Of a stretch of 24,000 bases of DNA, positions 18,286 to 24,000 are shown in pieces (position 1 is the stretch's first letter; the number at the start of each line of letters is the position of its first letter). The translations under genes were made by a program, and so were the position numbers. The notes below the pieces were generated by a model, which saw only the letters and a list, made by a program, of their open reading frames with translations, ran no database searches and was not told the DNA's origin. Origin of the DNA: Candidatus Pacearchaeota archaeon (GTDB lineage Archaea; Nanobdellota; Nanobdellia; Pacearchaeales; GW2011-AR1); assembly GCA_038874355.1 (NCBI GenBank), contig JAVZCO010000001.1, positions 84,913 to 108,912 on the forward strand, read 5' to 3'.

Positions 18286-18343
18286 AAGTTGGAATTATTT
18301 AATAATATTATGAACTTACCTGAAAAAGAAACAAGAGAACAAT
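18269..18343 (+). repeat. hsdR promoter/5' end copy, partner of the inverted repeat at 17665-17740
   Basis: See the partner entry. Contains the TTAAAAGTT box (18282-18290) 28 nt upstream of the hsdR ATG at 18310. Confidence 0.75.
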
Positions 18344-21039
18344 ACATAGACCCTCTTTTGAGAAAGGAAGGCTGGAGAGATGAATACATAAAAAAAGAAG
18401 TTAACTCTCTTAAATCAAACTTTAAAAAAAAGATTTATTCTTTAAAAACAATAGATGGGAAAGAGGAAGGAAGGTTTATTGATTATCTTCTTTTAGATGA
18501 ACATGGCTCACCTATTGCAATAATTGAAGCAAAAAGATTCTCACTAGATCCTGAAAAAGGAAGAATTCAAGCTGATACCTATCAAAGAGATATTGAAAAA
18601 CAAATAGGTTACATTCTTCCCGCTTTTCTTACTAATGGGAAAAAATGGTATTTTAAGGAAAAAAATTATCCTCTGAGAGAAATTTCCGGTCCTTTTTCGC
18701 AAGAAGATTTACAAAGAAGACTTAATCTCTCAAAAAATAAGAGTGATCTCACAAAAATAGAAATAAATACAAATATTGTTGATAGGTCAAAAAGCATTCA
18801 AATTGTAAAACAAATTTTAAATCACTTTAATATAAGTAACAGAAGCGCCTTAATAACAATGGCTACTGGAACAGGGAAAACAAGAGTAGCAATGGCGATA
18901 ATTCATGCTTTAGTTAAGGCCAGATGGATACAAAATGTTTTATTTGTTGTTGATAGAATTTCGCTTGGTAGGCAGGCATTTTATGATGGATTCCAGAAAT
19001 TTTTTTCTTCAACTCCTTCTTGTTTATTAAATGAGCAAGAGTTTACGAAGGATAAAAGATTTTATGTTTCAACTGTTCAGACCCTTATGGCTAAACAAAA
19101 CGATGGAGAAAGACTATTTCAAAAGTTTAGTCCTGGTTTTTTTGATTTAGTAATTTTCGATGAAGCGCATCGTTCTTATTATGACAAACAAAATCTTGTC
19201 ATGAAATATTTTGATGCTTTAAAAATTGGTTTAACTGCTACCCCTTCTAAAACTGAGGACAAAAATACTTATGATTTATTTGAATGTGAAAGAGGAAAAC
19301 CTACTGCAGAATATACTTATGATGAAGCTGTTCGTGATGGCGTTCTTGTTCCTTATGATGCTCAGATTATTGAAACTAAAGTATTAAAATTAGGAATAAG
19401 AGGGATGGAGCTTGATAAAGAACTTAAAACAGAATTAATGAAACAGGACGAGGATCCAGATCATTTTGAGGTTCCTGGAAAAAAATTTGCTAGATACTTT
19501 ACAGATAAAAAAACTAATGAACTAATTATTAGAGAGTTTATGAATCGCTGTCATAAAACAGAAGACGGAAAGCCTTGTAAATCTATCTTTTTTTGCGTGA
19601 ATGTAGATCATGCCAAAGCAATAAAAAAGTGTTTTGATAAACTTTACCCAAATCTATGTAACGAAACCGAAGTTATTGTTTCTGAATACGATAGATATAT
19701 GGATGCTGTTGAAAGGTTTATGAAAGAATCATCTCCTAGGGTGGCTATTTCTGTTGGGGTTCTTGATACGGGAATCGATATTCCAGAAGTTTGTAATCTC
19801 GTTTTTGTCACTCCTGTTTTCTCTCCTATTAGGTTTTGGCAGATGGTCGGAAGAGGTACAAGAAGTTTATCTGCTTGCAAGCATAAAGAATGGCTTCCAA
19901 ATTATGATGGAGTTCATGATAAAAAAGATTTTAGAATTCTTGATTTTAAATTTGGAGATTTTTCTAATGTTTTAGAGCATCAGTTAGAAGTGAGTAAGGA
20001 AAAAAAACTAAGTGAAGACATAAGAGAAAAAATTCTTAAAAAAGAATTAGATCTCCTGAAAAAAAATCTTAATCCAAGAGAAAAAGAAATAATCGAGAGC
20101 CATATTATTGAAAGAATTGGAAAAATAGATACAAAGTCCTTTATTGTTAGAGATAAAATTCCAATAATAAAGAAAATAGTTTCAAAACAATATGACTTAC
20201 AAAAGCACATAGAAGAGATAAAAAGAGAAATCGCTCCTTTATTAAAGTTTTCTGAATTTGGAGATGGAAAAGTACAAACATTTATTTCTAATTGTATCGA
20301 TTTATTTAAATATATTAAAGAAAGCGACATTGAAAGCATCTCTAAAGTTCAAGAGTTTGTTACAGAAAGAGTTATTAATGTATGGGAATCTGATTTAGAA
20401 GCAGTAAAGAAAAAAGACGAACAAATTAAACGAGTTTTACAAGAAAAGTTTTGGCAAGAGCTAACGTTTGAGGATGTTGATTTTCTTATTAGAGAGATCG
20501 CTCCTTTAATGATTTACTATGAAAAAGAAAAGAAGAGGATTATAAGAGTAGATGCCCCCGATCTTGTTTTGGAGGTTGAGAATTTCAAAATGCAAATTAA
20601 AGAGGACAAAAGATTTGAGGAGTTTAAAAAAAGCGCTCTTGTTCAAAAGATGATTAAAGAAGGAGTTACATGGAAAGAATTATATCAAATATCACAAGAG
20701 CTTGCAAAACTAAATCCTTCTTGGACAATTGAGAACATTCAAAAAAGCCGGGATTTTGTTCTTTTTTTGAGAGATATTCTTGAATTAAAAGATTTATCTA
20801 ATCCAGAAGATATGATAAAACAACAATTTGAAGAGCTCATTATTAAAAACAACAAAGAATATAATGCAGAACAAATTAGTTTTTTAAGAATGCTTTCTAG
20901 TTTCTTTGCAATTAACAAACATCTTGATAAAAAAGATTTTGTTGAATTTCCTCTTGCAGAAGAAAGACCTCTAGAGAAGTTTAGCAGAGAACAGCTTGAT
21001 AGCATAATCAGAAAGGTAGAAGAGATTAGGATTAGATAA
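18310..21039 (+). CDS. hsdR: type I restriction enzyme R subunit (HsdR), EcoEI-like C-terminus
   Basis: 909 aa from the ATG at 18310. N-terminal HSDR_N nuclease (ETREQYIDPLL...GW...IDYLLLD...IIEAK). SF2 helicase motifs MATGTGKT, FDEAHRS, GLTATP, VGVLDTGIDIP and QMVGRGTR. The C-terminal region resembles EcoEI_R_C (YNAEQISFLRML...). Confidence 0.9.
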   Translation: MNLPEKETREQYIDPLLRKEGWRDEYIKKEVNSLKSNFKKKIYSLKTIDGKEEGRFIDYLLLDEHGSPIAIIEAKRFSLDPEKGRIQADTYQRDIEKQIGYILPAFLTNGKKWYFKEKNYPLREISGPFSQEDLQRRLNLSKNKSDLTKIEINTNIVDRSKSIQIVKQILNHFNISNRSALITMATGTGKTRVAMAIIHALVKARWIQNVLFVVDRISLGRQAFYDGFQKFFSSTPSCLLNEQEFTKDKRFYVSTVQTLMAKQNDGERLFQKFSPGFFDLVIFDEAHRSYYDKQNLVMKYFDALKIGLTATPSKTEDKNTYDLFECERGKPTAEYTYDEAVRDGVLVPYDAQIIETKVLKLGIRGMELDKELKTELMKQDEDPDHFEVPGKKFARYFTDKKTNELIIREFMNRCHKTEDGKPCKSIFFCVNVDHAKAIKKCFDKLYPNLCNETEVIVSEYDRYMDAVERFMKESSPRVAISVGVLDTGIDIPEVCNLVFVTPVFSPIRFWQMVGRGTRSLSACKHKEWLPNYDGVHDKKDFRILDFKFGDFSNVLEHQLEVSKEKKLSEDIREKILKKELDLLKKNLNPREKEIIESHIIERIGKIDTKSFIVRDKIPIIKKIVSKQYDLQKHIEEIKREIAPLLKFSEFGDGKVQTFISNCIDLFKYIKESDIESISKVQEFVTERVINVWESDLEAVKKKDEQIKRVLQEKFWQELTFEDVDFLIREIAPLMIYYEKEKKRIIRVDAPDLVLEVENFKMQIKEDKRFEEFKKSALVQKMIKEGVTWKELYQISQELAKLNPSWTIENIQKSRDFVLFLRDILELKDLSNPEDMIKQQFEELIIKNNKEYNAEQISFLRMLSSFFAINKHLDKKDFVEFPLAEERPLEKFSREQLDSIIRKVEEIRIR

Positions 21040-21040
21040 A

Positions 21041-21352
21041 ATGGATTTAGAAAAATTAAAGAACAAACTAAAAAATTACAAAGAAGAAGACATAATATTA
21101 ACTAAACACGCTGAATTTCAGGCCTTTGTTAGAAATGTTTCTTTAAAAGATATTAAAGAAAACATATTAAATCCTTCTAGGTTAGTTTATGCTAGGCAGC
21201 AAGAATCGAAAAAAGAAAATGAAGAAAAATATGATTGTTATTTTGCTTATTCAAAACATTTTTATCACCGTTATGTACTAACTCTAAATAGAAAGATTAT
21301 TATAGTAACAGTTATTAAAATAAATAGGGATTGGCAGAAGGCGATAGGATAA
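21041..21352 (+). CDS. DUF4258-like putative toxin
   Basis: 103 aa. IILTKHAEFQAFVRNVSLKDIKENILNP...IIIVTVIKI fits the DUF4258 pattern (x-T-x-HA...R-x-I-s...I). The gene starts 2 nt after the hsdR stop. Confidence 0.6.
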   Translation: MDLEKLKNKLKNYKEEDIILTKHAEFQAFVRNVSLKDIKENILNPSRLVYARQQESKKENEEKYDCYFAYSKHFYHRYVLTLNRKIIIVTVIKINRDWQKAIG

Positions 21353-21354
21353 AA

Positions 21355-21696
21355 ATGGAAAAATTTAATTTTAATTATGATGAAGAGAATGACGACTTAT
21401 TTGTTTATTTAGAGGGGAAAAAATCTTCGGGTGCGATTGAATTAGGAAATTTTGTTTTTGATTTTGATGAAGAAGGCAATTTAGTGGCTATGCAAATATT
21501 AAATGTCACAGAAGTTTTTTCTAAAATTCTTTCAAAAATAAAAGAAGTTTCAAAAATAAAAGATATAAGAATTGAAATTTTTAATTTTAAGAATATGGAA
21601 GCTATTAAATTTAGCGTTTCAGATAACAGAATAGAGGAAACAGCAAATATTTTGATTCCCTTTATAAAAGAAAAAAGCCCTGTTTTGGAATATTAA
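21355..21696 (+). CDS. DUF2283-like putative antitoxin with C-terminal extension
   Basis: 113 aa from the ATG at 21355 (AGGA lies 5 nt upstream). NYDEENDDLFVYLEGKK...FDFDEEGNLVAMQILN fits DUF2283. The ATG is 3 nt after the DUF4258 stop. Confidence 0.6.
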   Translation: MEKFNFNYDEENDDLFVYLEGKKSSGAIELGNFVFDFDEEGNLVAMQILNVTEVFSKILSKIKEVSKIKDIRIEIFNFKNMEAIKFSVSDNRIEETANILIPFIKEKSPVLEY

Positions 21697-21700
21697 TATA

Positions 21701-21745
21701 GGGATTACAAAGGAATCCCAAAGTTTAAAAATCTGGTCTTTTTTT
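21701..21745 (+). terminator. hairpin GGGATT-N7-AATCCC followed by a T7 run (terminator and/or operator)
   Basis: A perfect 6-bp inverted repeat pairs 21701-21706 with 21714-21719, and a T7 run lies at 21739-21745. The element sits between the hsdR-TA unit and the next cassette and overlaps the cassette promoter. Confidence 0.35.
21724..21731 (+). promoter_or_regulatory. TATA-like box (TTTAAAAA) for the RHH cassette
   Basis: Lies 29 nt upstream of the ATG at 21753, the same spacing as other promoters in the window. Confidence 0.4.
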
Positions 21746-21752
21746 AGTTTTT

Positions 21753-22133
21753 ATGGTTAATGGCAAAACCTACAATAGACCCCGAACAGTTAAGCTAGAT
21801 AAAACAGAAGATTTACAACTACAAGATTATTGTGATAAGTTAGGAGTAGATGTTTCCACATTTATTAGAGAAGCAATTAATGAAAAAATTAATTCAGGCA
21901 ATATTTCAAACATCGCTGGCCAGAATATAATTGATTTTGATAGTAAAGAAGATAAATTTATCTGGAAAATTAAGCTTGATAATGGAGAAGAAAAAACAAT
22001 TTTAGAGGATCTTTCTCCGGAGTTCATGGAAGATTTGTTCAACAAAATTCATCTAAAACTAAAAGAAAGAGACGATTTACTCCAAAGAAAAAATAAAAAA
22101 AGCGTTCCTGTGCCAAGGAGGTTAGTGAGATGA
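21753..22133 (+). CDS. ribbon-helix-helix (CopG/Arc-like) DNA-binding protein with uncharacterised C-terminal domain
   Basis: 126 aa. RTVKLDKTEDLQLQDYCDKLGVDVSTFIREAINEKI reads as a strand-helix-helix RHH pattern. Its stop overlaps the next start (ATGA at 22130-22133). Confidence 0.6.
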   Translation: MVNGKTYNRPRTVKLDKTEDLQLQDYCDKLGVDVSTFIREAINEKINSGNISNIAGQNIIDFDSKEDKFIWKIKLDNGEEKTILEDLSPEFMEDLFNKIHLKLKERDDLLQRKNKKSVPVPRRLVR

Positions 22134-22789
22134 AGAAATATATAAGTAAAAGTTATATTCAATCTATATTTAACAGAAAAATAATTAAAGAAGAAAATTT
22201 TAAAATATGGTCAGAAAAAAACTTTTTGGAAAAGTATTCTAAAGATCATGGTTTAAATCCTAAAGAAATAAATACAAAAATATTAATTTATGAAGATAGG
22301 GTCAAAGGATGGTTTTTAGATATAGCGACTGAACTAAAATCTTTAAGAGATAGTGGTTTTGTTATTCTTCAGATTGTTTTAAGTTACGTTGAAGGGATTC
22401 AACAGTATATTAACGGGAAAATAAGTAAGGGAAAATCTAAAGAATTTTTTAAAGAAGGTTTAATAAGAATATATCCTGAATTAGAAAAAAAAGAAAAAAT
22501 TGACGAAATTCTCAATAATTTTTATAAAGAGGTTAGATGCGGCCTCTTTCATACAGGAATGGTCGGTAAATCCGTAAAAATTAGTGGCGATTATCTAAGG
22601 GCTTTAAATATAAATGAAAGACTTATTGAGATTAACCCCCATTTATTTTTGGAGGATATTAAAAAAGATTTTGAAAATTATATAAAAAAATTGAAAGATG
22701 AAAGTAATGAAGAAGATAGAAAAAAATTTGAAAAAATATTTGATGAGCTAAATATAACAAATGAAGAAAATGACAACACAAAAAACTAG
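22130..22789 (+). CDS. uncharacterised 219-aa protein with Rx4H motif, putative HEPN-like RNase
   Basis: A strong SD (AAGGAGGT, 22115-22122) lies 8 nt upstream. The helical-looking sequence carries FYKEVRCGLFHTG (R136...H141, nt 22535-22552), which resembles the HEPN R-x4-6-H signature. I recognise no other family. Confidence 0.4.
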   Translation: MKKYISKSYIQSIFNRKIIKEENFKIWSEKNFLEKYSKDHGLNPKEINTKILIYEDRVKGWFLDIATELKSLRDSGFVILQIVLSYVEGIQQYINGKISKGKSKEFFKEGLIRIYPELEKKEKIDEILNNFYKEVRCGLFHTGMVGKSVKISGDYLRALNINERLIEINPHLFLEDIKKDFENYIKKLKDESNEEDRKKFEKIFDELNITNEENDNTKN

Positions 22790-23381
22790 AACAAATGTAG
22801 TAGAGGTTTTTGAAGAATTAAAAGAAAAAGGACTAATAAGAAAAGAAAGAAAGTTAAAAGAAAGTAAATTTTTTTCAAATTTTAAAAATTTAGGAAATAC
22901 TATTTTTTTTAATCCTTCTTTTAAAAATCTTAACAAAAATTATTTAAGATTGATCCTCCTTCATGAAGAAGCGCATGCTACAAAGAAACAAAGATCAAAA
23001 TATGTAATTATTTCATCCCTCATCTTATCTTTTTTTTCTTTTTGCATTTTTAACATCTGGCTTTTTAAAATGAAGTTTATTTATTCTTTTATACTTTCTT
23101 TAGTTATCCTTTTTTCAGTATTTAGACTTTCTTTTAATTACTTAAAAAAAGATGAATTTGAAGCTGATTTATTTGCTTGTTCTCGATTAAAAGAGCATTA
23201 TAAGATAAAAAACGTTTCAAAGTTATTAGAAAATTCATTAAAATCGATACATATTAAAAAAAAGAAAAATTATTCTTTATTTATTAAATTATATAAGATT
23301 ATAAATTATCATCCCACTATGAAAGAAAGGGTTAATAGAATTAAAACAATTTTAGAACAAAATGACAACACAAAAAACTAA
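22761..23381 (+). CDS. minimal membrane-anchored M48/HtpX-like zinc metalloprotease
   Basis: 206 aa, or 203 aa from the ATG at 22770 inside the repeat. Order of elements: HEEAH (nt 22962-22976), two TM helices (aa ~81-125), DEFEADLFA (a third-ligand Glu motif as in M48), and near the C-terminus HPTMKERVNRI (as in the HtpX HPplseRi). Confidence 0.65.
   Translation: MKKMTTQKTRTNVVEVFEELKEKGLIRKERKLKESKFFSNFKNLGNTIFFNPSFKNLNKNYLRLILLHEEAHATKKQRSKYVIISSLILSFFSFCIFNIWLFKMKFIYSFILSLVILFSVFRLSFNYLKKDEFEADLFACSRLKEHYKIKNVSKLLENSLKSIHIKKKKNYSLFIKLYKIINYHPTMKERVNRIKTILEQNDNTKN
22767..22788 (+). repeat. direct repeat copy 1 (AAAATGACAACACAAAAAACTA)
   Basis: 22/22 identical to 23359-23380, or 25/26 if extended to 22763/23355. 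It covers the ...NDNTKN C-terminus of the upstream gene and the MTTQKT start of the downstream gene. Confidence 0.95.
23359..23380 (+). repeat. direct repeat copy 2 (AAAATGACAACACAAAAAACTA)
   Basis: Identical to 22767-22788. It contains the hsdS start codon (23362) and the end of the M48-like gene. Confidence 0.95.
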
Positions 23382-24000
23382 ACTTCCAGAAGGCTGGCAA
23401 GAGGTTGAGCTTGGGGATTCAGAATTTTTTGAAATTTTATCTAGCGGTATAGAAAAATTTGAAGGAGAAAAAGATTATTTATCAACAGAATCAATTCAAG
23501 CTACTAAAATAGAAAAAATTGAAGCTAAGATAACTTTTAAAAATAGACCTTCTAGGGCAAATATGCAACCGGTTCTTAATTCTGTTTGGTTTGCTAAAAT
23601 GCAAGCGACATTAAAAGTTTATGTTTTTGATGAAAATAATAAAGATGAAATAAAAAAATATATCTTGTCTACTGGTTTTGCAGGAATAAGATGTAAAGAA
23701 AACAAAGTTTATCCTAAATATTTAAAATATTTTTTTATTACAAATGAATTTAATAAAATTAAAGATTCATTATGCTCTGGAGCAACGCAGAAAGGGATTA
23801 GAAATGAAGAAATAGCTAAAATAAAAATCCCTCTCCCGCCCATCGAAACCCAGAAAAAAATCGTCGCTATTTTAGAAAAAGCTGAAAAGCTGAAAGAAAA
23901 ACGAGAGCAGGCCATAAAATTGGCTGATGAATATTTAAAGAGCGTTTTTGCGGAGATGTTTTTGAAAGAAAAGGATAAGTTTGAGGAGGTTGAGCTGGAG
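23362..24000 (+). CDS. hsdS: type I restriction enzyme specificity subunit (HsdS), 5' partial
   Basis: An open frame, absent from the track, that runs off the window end. It reads MTTQKTKLPEGWQEVELGD...RANMQPV...SVWFAKM...GATQKGIRNEEIAKIKIPLPPIETQKKIVAILEKAEKLKEKR...VFAEMF. This is target recognition domain 1 plus the central conserved helix. Confidence 0.9.
   Translation, partial: MTTQKTKLPEGWQEVELGDSEFFEILSSGIEKFEGEKDYLSTESIQATKIEKIEAKITFKNRPSRANMQPVLNSVWFAKMQATLKVYVFDENNKDEIKKYILSTGFAGIRCKENKVYPKYLKYFFITNEFNKIKDSLCSGATQKGIRNEEIAKIKIPLPPIETQKKIVAILEKAEKLKEKREQAIKLADEYLKSVFAEMFLKEKDKFEEVELE

Noticed and set aside
18289-18309. A TTG start for hsdR. Alternative non-ATG or extended starts also appear in the track at 9931, 21331 and 6416.
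   Set aside because: Downstream ATGs have proper TATA or SD spacing, and the extensions add non-conserved residues.
20059-20066. An A8 homopolymer inside hsdR as a possible phase-variation switch.
   Set aside because: The gene is in frame. Runs of 7-9 A/T are frequent throughout this AT-rich window, so there is no specific evidence for slippage control here.
19644-20339. ORFs overlapping hsdR, either antisense (19644-19880, 19980-20339, 20739-21005) or out of frame on the sense strand (19754-19975). Similar overlapping ORFs occur in other genes (287-499, 6109-6423, 6454-6684, 10302-10646, 12815-13057, 13765-13983, 14148-14336, 21827-22045, 22748-22936, 23709-23915).
   Set aside because: All lie within well-supported genes. 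They have low-complexity Ser/Phe/Leu/Ile-rich translations typical of the complement of Lys/Glu-rich AT-rich coding sequence.
1-24000. I looked for CRISPR arrays, IS elements, integrases or recombinases, rRNA, and tandem repeats.
   Set aside because: No regularly spaced repeats, no transposase- or integrase-like ORFs and no rRNA-like sequence were found. Repeated GAAAAAGAA-type strings reflect Lys/Glu codon composition and are not real repeats.

Overview
Very AT-rich, tightly packed window with archaeal hallmarks: TFE-alpha, NreA, an archaeal-type ProRS, and TATA-like boxes 26-30 nt upstream of ATGs, which implies leaderless mRNAs. A small-genome, DPANN-like archaeon is my inference. Positions 1-17.4 kb are housekeeping: gatB, a permease, tRNA-Arg(UCG), proS, a disA plus DHH/DHHA1 phosphoesterase operon, nreA, a tfe-rhomboid-SpoIIM-like operon, two coiled-coil proteins, a leuS-alaS operon of bacterial type, and an amidohydrolase broken by a frameshift in an A8 run. 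Positions 17.4-24 kb are an accessory/defence region. It starts with an unexplained GC-rich island. Next comes an inverted duplicate of the hsdR promoter and 5' end, bracketing a small thioredoxin-like gene. A type I R-M locus follows, in which hsdR and hsdS are separated by five extra genes. Two of them form a DUF4258/DUF2283-type toxin-antitoxin pair coupled to hsdR. The other three form a separately promoted cassette: a ribbon-helix-helix protein, a 219-aa protein with an Rx4H (HEPN-like) motif, and a minimal membrane M48-type Zn protease. The protease gene is bracketed by a perfect 22-nt direct repeat that duplicates the gene junction. hsdS runs off the window end and no hsdM is visible. 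The nested RHH/HEPN-like/protease cassette is my best candidate for an undescribed defence module. All family assignments come from motif reading by eye; no searches were run.
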